Shown here: piece by piece, positions 24,401 to 36,689 of the stretch
Layout of the letters: each line of letters starts with the position of its first letter
Position numbering within the stretch: the first letter of the stretch is position 1
DNA from: Mobula hypostoma
Taxonomy: Eukaryota
Length of the DNA stretch: 64,000 nt
Reading direction: 5' to 3'
Assembly: GCF_963921235.1 (NCBI RefSeq)
Contig: NC_086097.1
Span: 110,176,001 to 110,240,000, forward strand
The notes under the pieces: model-generated
The model's database searches: none
Told to the model about the DNA's origin: nothing
What the model saw: the letters and a program-made list of their open reading frames with translations, nothing else
Program-made: the position numbers and the translations under genes

Positions 24401-27400
24401 TCCTTCATCTACACAAATTTGTTAAATTTGTTATAACAAATTTGTTATACCCCTCAGCTGTACAAGTTTGTTATACCTTTCCAGCTGCACATGTTTGTTA
24501 CACCCCTCCATCTGCATAAGTTTCTTATACCCTTCATCTACACGTTTGTTATACCCATTTACCTGTAGAAGTTTGTTACACCCTTTCATCTGCACAAGTT
24601 TGTTATACTCCTCCATTGACACAAGTTTGTTACACTCCTCCATCTGTACAGGTTTGTTGTACTACTCCATCTGCACAAGTTTGTTACACCCTTCATCTGC
24701 ACAAGCTTGTTACACTCCTCCATCTACACAAGTTTGTTATACCCCTCCATCTACACAAGTTTGTTACACCCCTCCTTCTACACAAGTTTGTTACACTCCT
24801 CCTTCTACACAAGTTTGTTACACTCCTCCATCTATACACAAGTTTGTTATACCCCTCCATCTGCACAAAATTCTTATACCATTCCATCTACACAAGTTTG
24901 TTGCACTCCTTCATCTACAAAAATTTGTTATACCTTTCCACCTGTACAAGTTTGTTATACCCCTCCATCTGCACGTTTGTTACACCCCTTCATCTGCACA
25001 AGGTTGTTACACCCCTCTATCTGTCAATGTTTGTTGTACCCTCCATCTGTACAAGTTTGTTATACCCCTCCATCTGTACAAGTTGTTATACTCTCCATCT
25101 GTACAAGTTTGATAGACAACTTCATCTGTACATGTTTATTATACCCATTTATCTGCACAATTTCATTACTTCCTTCCATCTGCACAAGTTTCTTATACCA
25201 CTCCATCTGTACAAGTTGGGTATACCCCTCCATCTGTACAAGTTTGTTACACCCCTCCATTTATACAAGTTTTTTACATCCCTCCATTGACACAAGTTTG
25301 TTAGACATCCGCATCTGTACAAGTTTGTCTTACCCCTCCATTTGTACAAGTTTTTATACCCCTCCATCTGTACAAGTTTCTTATACCCTCCATCTGTACA
25401 AGTTTGTTATACCCCCCATCTATACAAGTTTGTTACCCCCTTCCATCTAGACAAGTTTGTTACACTCCTTCATCTACACAAATTTGTTAAATTTGTTATA
25501 ACAAATTTGTTATACCCATCCAGCTGTACAAGTTTGTTATACCCCTCCATCTACACAAGTTTGTTTTACCCCTCCATCTGTGCAAGTTTGTCATACCCCT
25601 CCATCTGTAAAAATTTGTTATACCTCTCCATCTACACAAGTTTGTTATACACCTCCATCTGTACAAGTTTGTTATACCCTTCCATCTGCACAAATTTGTT
25701 ATACCCCTCCATCTGTACAAGTTTGTTACACCCCTCCATTTATACAAGTTTTTTACATCCCTCCATTGACACAAGTTTGTTAGACATCCGCATCTGTACA
25801 AGTTTGTTATACCCCTCCATCTGTACAAGTTTGTCTTACCCCTCCATCTGTACAAGTTTTTATACCCCTCCATCTGTACAAGTTTCTTATACCCTCCATC
25901 TGTACAAGTTTGTTATATCCCCCATCTATACAAGTTTGTTACCCCATTCCATCTAGACAAGTTTGTTACACTCCTTCATCTACACAAATTTGTTAAATTT
26001 GTTATAACAAATTTGTTATACCCCTCCAGCTGTACAAGTTTGTTATACCCCTCTATCTACACAAGTTTGTTTTACCCCTCTATCTACACAAGTTTGTTTT
26101 ACCCCTCTATCTACACAAGTTTGTTTTACCCCTCCATCTGTAAAAATTTGTTATACCTCTCCATCTACACAAGTTTGTTATACACCTCCATCTGTACAAG
26201 TTTGTTATAGCCTTCCATCTGCACAAATTTGTTATACCCCTCCATCTGTACAAGTTTGTAACAACTCTCCATCTGTACAAGTTTGTAACAACTCTCCATC
26301 TGTACAAGTTTGTTACGCCCCTCCTTTTACATAAGTTTGTTGTACCCCTACATCGATAGAAGTTTGTTACACCCCTCCATCTGTACAAGTTTGTTACACC
26401 CCTCCATCTGTACAAGCTTTTTATACCCCTCCATCTACACAAGTTTTTTATATTCTCCATCTGTTCAAGTTTGTTATACCCCTCCATCTGTACAGATCTG
26501 TTACACCCCTGCATCTGCATAAGTTTCTGATACCAGTGCATCGGTGCAGGTTTGTTTACCCATGCAGTTGCATAAGTTTGTTATGTCCCTGCATCTGCAC
26601 AAGTTGTTTACACATCTGCATCTCTACAAGTTTATCATACTGGTGCACCTGTACAAGTGTTTTATATATCTGAGCACCTGTGGAAGTTTGATATACTGGA
26701 GCATCTGTAAAGTTTGTGATATCGCTGCATCTGTAGAAGTTTGTTCTACCCCTGTATCATTACAAGTTTCTTATACCCCTGCATGTGTATAAGCTTTTCA
26801 TAACTCTGCATTTTAATAGTTTGTTATACCCCTGCAGCTTTTCAAGTTTGTTCTACCCCAGCATGGGTACAGGTTTTTTCATACCTGTGCATCTGCACAA
26901 GTTTGTTATAGTGTATCCCTTCATCCGCGCAAGTTTTTTTTTATTGCGGAGCATCTGCCCAAGATTGTGAAACCGGTGTGTATTTACAAGTTTGTTATCA
27001 CCCTGCATGTGTACAAGTTTGTCATACTGGTGCAACTGTACAAGTTTGTTATACTGCTGCATCTGCAAAAATTGGCTATACCCCTGCACCTCTATAAGTT
27101 TGTCATAACCATGCACCTGTACACATTCGTTTAACATGAGTCCCTCTAGAAGTTTGTCATACCTGAGCATCTGCACAAGATTGTGATACTGGTGTGTCTG
27201 TACAAGTTTGTCATGTCAGTGCATCTGTACAAATTTGTGATACCAATGCACCTGTAGAATTTGTTATAACGATGCAATATATCAAACGATACACGTTTGA
27301 TATACCCCTAAATTTGTACAAGTTTATTATACTAGTGCGTCTGTATAGCTTTTTCATACCGTTGTATCTGTACAGGTTTGTCATTTTCCTGCATCTGCAC

Positions 27401-28765
27401 AATGTTGTGATACTACTTCATCTGTGCATGTTTGTCATACCCCTACATCTATACAGGTTTGCCTGTCTCCTGCATTCACACATGTTTTTTTATCTCCCTG
27501 CATCTGTACAGATTTGTCATACCCATGCATCTGCACAGGTTTGTCATACCCCTGCATCTGGACACGTTTGTTATTCCCCTGCATTTTACAAGTTTGTTGA
27601 ATCAGTGCATCTGTACAAGTTTGTGACACCAGTGCACCTGTAAATGCTTGATATACTGGTGCACCTGCACAAGGTTTTATACCTCTGCATGTTTACAAAG
27701 TTGATGCACCCCTACATCTGTACTGGTTTGTTGTACCCTTGCATCTGGACAAGTTCGTGATACCATTGCATCTGTGCAAGTTTTTTATACCTTTCCATTT
27801 GTACAAGTTTGTGATTTTGTTGCATCTGTACAAGTTTGTTATACCCCTGCATGTTTACAAGTTTGTTATACCCCTCCATCTACACAGGTTTGTCTTACTG
27901 GTGCATCTGTACACGTATGTCGTACCTCTGCACCTGCATTGATTTGTTATACCCTGTATCTGTACAAGTTTGTCATACCCTGCATCTGTACAAGTTTGTT
28001 ATTCCCTGCATCTGTACAAGTTTGTTATATGCCTGCATCTGTCCACTCTTGTAAGCCTAAGCATCTGTACAATTTTGTTATTCAGGTGCATCTGTACAAG
28101 ATTGCTATACCCCTGCATGTTTACATGTTTGTTCTACCCCTGCATCTACACAGGTTTGTCGTACCTCTGCATAAGCACATATTTTTCGTACCCCTGCATC
28201 TGTACGAGTTTGTTACACCAGTGCAATGGAACAAATTTGTTATACCGATGCATCTGTACAAGTTTGTCACCCCCGCATCTGCAGAGGTTTGTCATACCCC
28301 TGCATCTGTACAGGTGTGTTGTACCATTGCATCTGTACAGGTTTGTCGTAGTCCTGCATCTGCATAAGTTTGTTACACCCCTGCACCAGCACAAGTTTGT
28401 TACCTGCACTTGTACATGTTTGTGATACTCTGGTGAATCTGTACAAGTCTGTCATATCAGTGCATCTGTACAAGTTTGTTATACCCCTCCATCTGTACCA
28501 GATTTCTCTAACAGTGCTTCTAAACAAATTTGTTCTACCAGTGCATCTGTACAAGTCTGTTACTCCGGTGCATCTGTTCAGGTATGTCGTACCATTGCAT
28601 CTGCACAGCTTTATTGTACCTCTGCATCTACACAGGTTTCTCGTACACCTGCATCTGCACAGGTTTGTTATAATGGTGCATCTGCACAGGTTTGTTATGC
28701 CAGTGCATCTGTATAGCTTTTTTGTCCCATTGCAACTGTACAGGTGTGTCCTTCTCCTGCATCTG

Positions 28766-29230
28766 CACAGGTTTGTCTGTCCCCTGCATCCACACAGGTT
28801 TGTCTATCCCCTGCATCCACACAGGTTTATCTGTCCCCTGCATCCACACAGGTTTATCTGTCCCCTGCATCCACACAGGTTTGTCTGTCCCCTGCATCCA
28901 CACAGGTTTATCTGTCCCCTGCATCCACACAGGTTTGTCTGTCCCCTGCATCCACACAGGTTTATCTGTCCCCTGCATCCACACAGGTTTGTCTGTCCCC
29001 TGCATCCACACAGGTTTATCTGTCCCCTGCATCCACACAGGTTTATCTGTCCCCTGCATCCACACAAGTCTGTCTGTCCCCTGCATCCACACAGGTTTGT
29101 CTGTCCCCTGCATCCACACAGGTCTGTCTGTCCCCTGCATCCACACAGGTTTGTCTGTCCCCTGCATCCACACAGGTTTATCTGTCCCCTGCATCCACAC
29201 AGGTTTGTCTGTCCCCTGCATCCACACAGA
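28766..29230. repeat. Highly homogeneous sub-array of about 17 monomers CACAGGTTT(G/A)TCTGTCCCCTGCATCCA
   Basis: Near-identical copies embedded in otherwise diverged satellite. Confidence 0.95.
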
Positions 29231-29339
29231 TTTGTTATCTCCCTGCATCTGTACAAGTTTGTTATACCCCTGCATCTGCAGAGGTTTGTCGTAACCTGTG
29301 CATCTGTACAGGTTTGTGAATCTGTACAAGATTTTTGTG

Positions 29340-31204
29340 TACCGGTGTGTCAGAAGAACATGTTAACCTGCCTTGATGACTATTGTAGCACTCACATCTA
29401 CAGAGATGAAATGTAATAACTCCTGCCAAGAAGTAACTTGGATCTGTTCCAAGTCCACAGCAGATGTCATCTCATTGGCTCTTCACTCAACCCTGGAACA
29501 TCTGGTCAACAAAGATACATACATCAGGATGCTCTTTATCGACTACAGCTCAGTATTCAATACCATCATCCCCTCTAAATTAATTAATAAGCTTCAAGAC
29601 CTTGGCCTCAATACCGCTCTGCACAATTGCATTCTTGATTTCCTCACTTGCAGACCCCAGTCATTTCAGATTGGCAACAACATCTGCTCCACGAGATCCA
29701 TCAGCATAGGTGCCCCACAAGGCTGTGTGCTTGGCCCCTCTCTACTCTCTTTACACTTACGACTTTGTGGCTAAGCACCACTCCAATGACATATCCATGT
29801 TTGCTGTTGCCATCGCTGTCACAGGCCAAATCAAAGGTGGTGATGTATCAGCATTTAGGTAAGAGATTGAAAATCTGGCTGAGTGGATCCACAACAGCAA
29901 TCTCTTACTCAGTGTCAGCAAGACCAGGAAGCTGAGGAAACCCGAAATCCAGAGGTCCATGACCTAATCCTCATCGAAAGATCAGATGTGGAGATGGTTA
30001 GCATCTTTAATTTCCTAATGTTATTATTTCAGAGGACCTGCCCTGGTCAAAGAACGTAGATGCAATTATGAAGAAGTATGGCAGCATCTCTACGTCTTTA
30101 AGATTTTGTGAAGATTTGGCACGACATGTAAAACTTCAACAAATTTCGATGGAGAGCATCACAGCATGGTATGGAAACTCAACAGCCTGGAATGGAAAAT
30201 CATGCAACAAGTCTTGGATATGGCCCACTCCATCACAGTAAAGCCCTCCCCACCATAGAGCACTTCTCCATGGAATTTGGAGAAAAACAGCATCCATCAT
30301 CCTGGCGCCCCACCATCCAGGACATGTACTCTGCTTGCCGTATAAGAAGGTAGAGGAAACTCAGGACTCATACCACCAGGTTCAGGAACAGTTATTACCC
30401 CTCAACCATCAGGCACTCGAACCAGAGAGGATAACTTCATTCAAATTCACTTGCCCATCATTAAAATGTTCCCACAACTGATGAACCCACTTTCAAGGAC
30501 TCTTCATTGGAGGAAGTACCTTCTAAGAATAGGTTGAGTGAACTCGGCCTTTTCTCCTTGGAACGATGGAGGATGAGAGGTGACCTGATAGAGGTGTACA
30601 AGATGATGAGAGGAATTGATCGTGTGGATAGTCAGACGCTTTTTCCCAGGGCTGGAATGGCTAACACGAGGGTGGGGGGCATAGTCTTAAGGTTCTTGGA
30701 AGTAGGTACAGAATGGATGTCAGGGGTAAGTTTTTCACACAGAGAGTGGTGTGTGTGTGGAATGCACTGCTGGTGGCAGTAGTGGAAGCGGATACAATAG
30801 GGACTTTTGCGAGCCTCTTACATAGGTACATGGAGCTTGGAAAAATAGAGGGCTATACGCTAGGGAAATTCTAGGCAGTTTCTGGAGTAGGTTACATGGT
30901 CGGCACAATGTTGTGGGCAGAAGGGCCGGTAATGTGCTGTAAATGTCTATGTTCCTCTCATGTTTTTGATATTTATTGCTTATTTATTTATTATTATTAT
31001 TTCTTTCTTTTTATATTTGCACAGTTTGTTTTCTTTTGTACACTGGTTGAATGCCCAAGTTGGTGAGGTCTTTCATTGATTCTGTTATGGTTATTATTCT
31101 ATTATGGATTTATTGAGTATGCCCACAAGAAATTGAATCTCGGGGCTGAATATGGTGGCACAGATGTACTTTGATAATAAATTTACTTTTAACTTTGAAC
31201 TTTG
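29340..31204 (+). mobile_element. Rex1/Babar-type LINE, RT and 3' end (decayed), with a CR1 3' fragment inserted at about 30507-30955
   Basis: [46 protein letters not shown]; tail AATAAATTTACTTTTAACTTTGAACTTTG. The insert reads RLSELGLFSLERWRMRGDLIEVYK. Confidence 0.87.
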
Positions 31205-31243
31205 TTAGAGTATTTGGTGACATGCCAATTCTCTTTAATCTTG

Positions 31244-31319
31244 TCATGTCTCAGGTGTAACTACATCAGAACCAACAAAACCAAGGTGGAAGTAAGTCAT
31301 CCTGGAACTTGGGAACTGA
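31244..31319 (-). CDS. Candidate last coding exon of an unidentified host gene
   Basis: Strong acceptor TTTTCTTCTTTCAG; phase-2 entry, QFPSSRMTYFHLGFVGSDVVTPET*. Lies in non-repetitive DNA. Confidence 0.5.
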
Positions 31320-31741
31320 CTGAAAGAAGAAAATGTAACAAAGTGCCACTTTCTAGTTTCACTGCATGTTTTGGATTTGATCTTCTGTATTTTAATACTT
31401 CTAGTAGCAGCTTTGTTCCTAGGTGTTTTGATTTTACTAATTTTAGCACAATTATTTTGATTCAGAAACCAAACATTTTAATCAATATTGTTAACCTCAT
31501 TTCCTTAAAAAATAAAATCCATACAGAGTGACCTTGTCCAGTTACAAATTAAACGGAGGAGTATATCCTTAAATGATGCAAGTTTAATGATAAGAACAGT
31601 GTAACACGCCAGCATTGCACAAGGTTATTTTAATTGATGGTATAAACAACACCATGATTTTGGTAACATTTTCTTTTTTTCTCATTTTAGACAACAAATA
31701 CAGAAAAAAATTAATATATATATGTTGAATGTTGTGCTTAC

Positions 31742-31817
31742 GGAGACAAAGTGAGACCTGAAACCTGCAATTCCAATGTCCCTGCCCATCTGTTGAGTTG
31801 TACACATGCCATTAAGT
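31742..31817 (-). CDS. Candidate internal exon (76 nt)
   Basis: Acceptor TCAGTTACAG, donor GTAAGC; phase 1 to 2, LMACVQLNRWAGTLELQVSGLTLS. Confidence 0.55.
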
Positions 31818-32314
31818 CTGTAACTGAGACTGATAAGTCATAATATTGCACTTAAGTATGCAGAAACTGATGAGTTGTTAGATTAATTTGATTGAAACAA
31901 AAATATCTACTGTAGTCCAGACACATGTGTCTTTCGATATATCATTCAACAAAGTTGACTTTGATATGCTCAATCATTACTGTGACTTTTAAAGTTAGTG
32001 AAAAGTGCTCTGACGTTCAGTACATACATGAAATAAATTTTGCCCTATTATGTGATAATTATTAAATGATTCTCTGATTACCCAGCTGGACCATAATAGA
32101 CTTATCTCTATCTTGTTACTATGTGCACATTGTCTTCTGCAAACACTTACCGCCAGGCTCAAGGGCAATTTCTATTCCACTGTTAAAGACTATTAACAGT
32201 CCCCCACTACAATAAGATGGACCTCCTTTGTTATGGCCTTGCACCCTGTTATCTGCCTGCTCTGCTATTTCCCTGCAACTGTAACACTTTATTCTGCATT
32301 CTGTTACTGCTTTT

Positions 32315-32700
32315 CTCTTGTATCGGGTTTAATATCACAGGCATATGTTATGAAATTTGTGTTTGTGCAGCAGCAGTACAATGCAATACATACCAATAAT
32401 GACTGTGAATCACAATATATGCCAGTTAAATTAAATAAGTAGCACAATAAACTAGTAAGGTACTGTCCGTGGGTTCAAAGTTCATTCAGAAATCTGATGG
32501 CAGAGGGGAAGAAGCTGTTCCTGAATCGTTGAGTGTGTGTCTTCAGGCTCCTGCACGTCCTCCCTGATGGTAGCAATGAGAAGTAGACGTGTCCTGGGTG
32601 ATGGGGGTCCTTAATGATGGATGCCAGCTTTTAGAGGCACGTCTCCTTGAAGATGTCCTGGATACTGTAGAGGCTAGTGCCTATGATGGAGCTGACTGAA
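32315..32700 (-). mobile_element. Rex1/Babar-type 3' fragment
   Basis: GCAGAGGGGAAGAAGCTGTTCCTGAATCG..GATGGTAGCAATGAGAAG block recurs in the other Rex1-like copies (35735, 42240-42320, 56935). Confidence 0.75.
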
Positions 32701-33130
32701 TACTGCCTCAATGTACTGTCGTAATGAAATTATCTCTATGGATGGCACGCAGTTTTTTACAGGAGAGTCTCTGACTTTGAAAACTTTCAGTGATGAAGGA
32801 CCAGCACCTACTCCTACTGAGGAGACTTAGCATTTTTGAGCAGCAGCTTATGATGGGGTGGAAGGAAGGTGGTGTTGGTTGGTAGGAAAAGGTATCATAG
32901 GCTGAGGATGTAATGCATTATTGATTTGGGACTGCCTGATCTGGTGTAAGATACAGGCAAAATGTATGCCCTGATCAAACATAAAACATTGTACAGCATC
33001 GTAAAGGCCCTTCGGCCCACAATGCTGTGCCAACCTACTACAAGACCAATCTAATTTCATAAATAAGAAATCATTATCCAGTAACTACTGGCCTTACTAT
33101 ACATCCACACATCACAATACTTTGAGTTAC

Positions 33131-33215
33131 TTGCACCAGCTGCAGCCTGCAGCAATCTGTCCCAGTACAAAATTACAAGCTGAGTTAAGTCTGTGAAGGA
33201 GGATTCCAAGGACTT
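33131..33215 (-). CDS. Candidate internal exon (85 nt)
   Basis: Acceptor after TTTTTCCTTTGCTCTC..TGTATGTAG, donor GTAACT; phase 0 to 1, KSLESSFTDLTQLVILYWDRLLQAAAGA. Sits in a short unique island between CR1 fragments. Confidence 0.55.
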
Positions 33216-33362
33216 CTACATACACAGTATATTGAGAGCAAAGGAAAAACTCATCTTGACAGGATATAGAAATATGGTTTGGAATGTTGATTTCCTCTGA
33301 TCTTGCATTCATTCAGTGTGGTCAGGTATATGATAAGGAAGGTAAGATGGGAACCACAGTGT

Positions 33363-34010
33363 ATTACATAGAACATAGGACAGTACAGCACAGGAACAGG
33401 CCCTTCAACTCATAGTGTTGTGCCAAACCAGCTAAAAAAAACAAAACAAATCCTTCCTACCGACACAATGTCCATACCCCTCCATCTTCCGCGTATTCAT
33501 GTGTCTATCTAAACATTTCTTAAAAGCCTCCATATATGTGCCTCTACCAGCACACCAGGCAATGCATTCCAGGCACCCACCACTCTGAGTAAAACACTTA
33601 CCCCTCACATCCCCTTTGTACCTACGCCTTCTCACCTTCAATGCATGCCCTCTGGTATTAGACATTTCTACCCTAGGGAAAAGATACTTCCTGTCTACTC
33701 CCTATGCCTCTCATAATCTTATAAAGCTCTATCGATTAACTCTCAGTCTCCGCCGCATCATTAGCTGTGATCATTTCATTTATTTTTGCTTAGAGTCATA
33801 GAAAGGTACAGCTTGGAAACAGGACCTTTGGCCCATCTAGTCCATGCTGAGCCATTTAAACTGCTTAGTCCCATTGGCCTGCCATCCATGTACCGATCCA
33901 AACTTCTCTTAAACATTGAAATCGAGCTCACATCCACCTCTTGCACTGGCACCTCATTCCACACTCTCACCACCCTCTGTGTGAAGAAGTTTCCCCTCAT
34001 GTTCCCCTTG
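33363..34010 (-). mobile_element. Two CR1 3' fragments (about 33363-33755 and 33790-34010)
   Basis: TRGHALKV..KGDVRGKCFTQ and MRGNFFTQRVVRVWN plus CR1 3' UTRs. Confidence 0.85.
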
Positions 34011-34180
34011 TTCATGAAACATTCTCATTACTGGCAAGGTCAACATTTAACACTTGTCTTTAATTGCAAAGGCAGGAACTGCAACGATCTTTGCCGGTGC
34101 TATCCTTTGTGATCGGGGTGATGATGAAGTTTCTCTCTGAGTAAGGGTGGTTTGTAATTTAAAGGTATATTTTCATGCAC

Positions 34181-34257
34181 TTGGTGTCGGTTTTCCTTCG
34201 AATCGGCTTTCCACAAATGCAGCAATGCGTTAGTGAGTTGTAGCTGTCTGCATTGAT
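34181..34257 (-). CDS. Candidate internal exon (77 nt)
   Basis: Acceptor TTTTACTTTTACCAACTCCAG; weak donor GTGCAT; phase 1 to 0, QCRQLQLTNALLHLWKADSKENRHQ. Confidence 0.42.
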
Positions 34258-34811
34258 CTGGAGTTGGTAAAAGTAAAACCCAATCTAACATCACTCTCAT
34301 GTTCATCTTTTCAACTCTTAAAAGTATTCAACATTGAAAAACCCACCAGCACCATTCAATTTCAATGGTCCAATTGCTGCTAATTAATATCAAAGTCAAA
34401 GGCAAAGCATATTCATTATTAAAGTGTGTATGAGTTACTATATGCTAACCTGAGATTTATTTTCTGGCAGCAAGACAAAGAAATACAATAGAATTTATGA
34501 AAACTATGCACAAATCAAGACTGACAAACAACCAATATACAAAAGAAGCCAAATTGCACAAATACAAAAAATAAATGAATAATACTGAGAACATGAGTCC
34601 TTGAAAGTGAGTCAGCAGGTTGTGGAATCAGTTCAGAGTTTAGTTCAGGAACTTGATGGTTGTAGATAATAACTGTTTCTGATTCTGGTGGTCCAGGACC
34701 TAAAGCCTGATGGCAGTAACAAGAAGAGAGCATGGCCTGGATCGTGGGGTTCATTGATGATGAAACACAGCAGGGTACGATGATCTTCATGAACATGGTG
34801 AAACAAATGAC

Positions 34812-34896
34812 CTGTATCTATGCTGTGTGACTCTGTGACCTGAAGCCAGCGGAGCAGTGACGATCCCTTTAAACAGAACAGATGGGGCTGGGGTCT
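34812..34896 (-). CDS. Candidate internal exon (85 nt; alternative acceptor at 34903)
   Basis: Acceptor TTTTTAGCTATCAG, donor CAG|GTCATT; phase 0 to 1, RPQPHLFCLKGSSLLRWLQVTESHSIDT. Lies in a roughly 150-bp unique island between a Rex1 and a CR1 fragment. Confidence 0.45.
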
Positions 34897-34959
34897 CTGA
34901 TAGCTAAAAACTGCAACATTGCTTACGTGCACTTAAAACGAGGGCTAGCTTGGTCTGAT

Positions 34960-35189
34960 ACATAGAAACATAGAAAATAGGTGCAGGAGTAGGCCTTTCG
35001 ACCCTTCGAGCCTGCACCGCCATTCAGTATGATCATGGCTGATCGTCCAACTCAGAACCCCGCACCAGCCTTTCCTCCATACCCACTGATCCCTTTAGCC
35101 ACAAGGGCCATATCTAACTCCCTCGATCCCTTTAGCCACAAGGGCCATATCTAACTCCCTCGATCCCTTTAGCCACAAGGGCCATATCT
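34960..35189 (-). mobile_element. CR1 3' end with a 37-bp tandem triplication at its truncation point
   Basis: Tail ACATAGAAACATAGAAA; GATCCCTTTAGCCACAAGGGCCATATCTAACTCCCTC repeated at 35088, 35125 and 35162 (partial). Confidence 0.85.
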
Positions 35190-35504
35190 GATTTGGCAGT
35201 GCTGCAATCAATCAATGATGGTAAAAGATGGTTTTCAAAACTTTCCCATTTTGCAACCTTCTGGAGTGTCCAGAAGGCCATGTGCTATCTAATTGTCCAA
35301 GTGCTGTTGATCTAGCCATATGTTGATAGCCAATTAAGTGCAGATGATCTAATTGTGTATTTCTGGATTTGCTATCATTGCTGCCCTAGCCAGATACAGT
35401 CCAGTTAGCTTATTACTGTTGGCCTGGCCATGTGCAGAAGGCTTAGTTGCTTTTAGTTAGGGGCTTTTAGCCTAGTCACATGCAATCCATTGAGATCTTG
35501 GGTG

Positions 35505-36540
35505 AGTTCAAGTTTATTGTCATCTGACTGTGCACACTGTATATACAACCAAACGAAACAACGGTCCTCCAGATCACAGTACATCCACAAAATATATATC
35601 ACACACAGCACACAAACCAAAATATGTTAATAAAATATAATTCAAAATGCATGTAGTAAACTGCATAAACAGTGTAATAAACAGCTTGCTTTCCTAGTGC
35701 TGAGACCTCGGTAGTGGCAGGGTATTCATCAGTCTCACAGCCAGAGGGAAGAAGCTGTTACCCAGTCTGGCAGTCCTAGCCCTGATGCTCCTGTACCTCC
35801 TTCCTGACAGTAGTGGGTCAAAGAGATTGTGGGATGTGTGGTAGTGATCCTCAACAATGCTTTGGACCTTCTGTATTCAACTCTCCCAGAAAATGTCACA
35901 ATTGGGGGGTGGGGGTGTTGGAGAGAGAAACTGATGACCCTCTCGGTGGCTTTTCCTGCCCCCTGTAGCATCTTGTGAGTCTGATATCCTACAGCTTCCG
36001 TACCACACAATGATGCTATCAAATAAGACACTCTCGATGGTGCCCCTGTAGAAAGTTGTTGAGGCCTTCAACAGCTCAATCTCCTCAGAAAGTGTAGATG
36101 CTACTGTGCCTTCTTGACTAATGAAGCATTGTGGGTCCAGGTTAGATCTCCTGTTATACGCACACCATGAAACTTTGTACTCTTCACTCCCTCTGCAGCT
36201 GAGCCATAGATGTTCAATGGAGAGTGGTCAACCTGCACCTTCCTGAAGTTCACAACTGTCTCTTCTGTCGTGTTCACATTGAGACTCAGGTTGTTGTTCT
36301 CACACCATTGGACAAGCCTCTCTACCTCCTCTTGTATTCTGACTCATCATTGTTGCAGATGAGGCCAGCCACTGTTGTATCATCAGTGAATTTGATGATG
36401 CGGTTTGTGCTGGATCTGGTAGTGCAGTCATGAGTCAGCAACAGAATAAGCACACATCCCGGGGTGGCACCAGTGCTCAGCATGATGGGGCTTGAAATAT
36501 CCCTGCCAACTCAGATTGACTGGCATTTTCCCACCAAGAT
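35505..36540 (-). mobile_element. Rex1/Babar-type LINE 3' part
   Basis: TTFYRGTIESVLFDSIIVWYGSC and KFTDDTTVAG on minus; tail AATAAACTTGAACT. Confidence 0.85.
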
Positions 36541-36689
36541 GCCAAGCAGAACAGTTACCTGGGCCGCACTTCCCTCAGCACCTGACCAGATATGTTGTCC
36601 AGCCCTGCAGCTTTGCATGGGTTTGCCCTGGCTGGGGTCCTCAGCTTGGCTGCCGCCAGATAAGGTGCCAGCTTCTCAGGATGTCAGAA

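Larger units (their letters stand above)
20316..29345. repeat. 27-bp satellite, block 4 (about 9 kb; CCCCTC variant to about 26500, then diverged CCCCTG/CCAGTG variants)
   Basis: Continuous 27-bp periodicity apart from one insertion at 21254-21455. Confidence 0.97.

Noticed and set aside
740..29300. ACAAGTTTGT matches the start of the Gateway attB1 site
   Set aside because: Only 10 bp match and the rest of attB1 is absent. Hundreds of diverged copies indicate a natural satellite, not vector.
717..29345. CRISPR-like array (conserved core alternating with a variable segment)
   Set aside because: Variable segments are only 7-9 bp and are related to each other, not unique spacers. There are no cas genes and the context is eukaryotic.
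747..29416. Dozens of Cys/His/Pro-rich ORFs (GASVQVCYT, PPSVQVCYT, LHLYKFVTP repeats) as proteins
   Set aside because: A 27-mer without stops opens five of six frames. Frequent 26-bp monomers shift frames, and TEs interrupt the array freely.
31255..31291. Plus-strand exon-like segment (TCTCAG|...GGAA|GTAAGT)
   Set aside because: It overlaps the minus-strand candidate last exon, and I found no convincing plus-strand partner exons.
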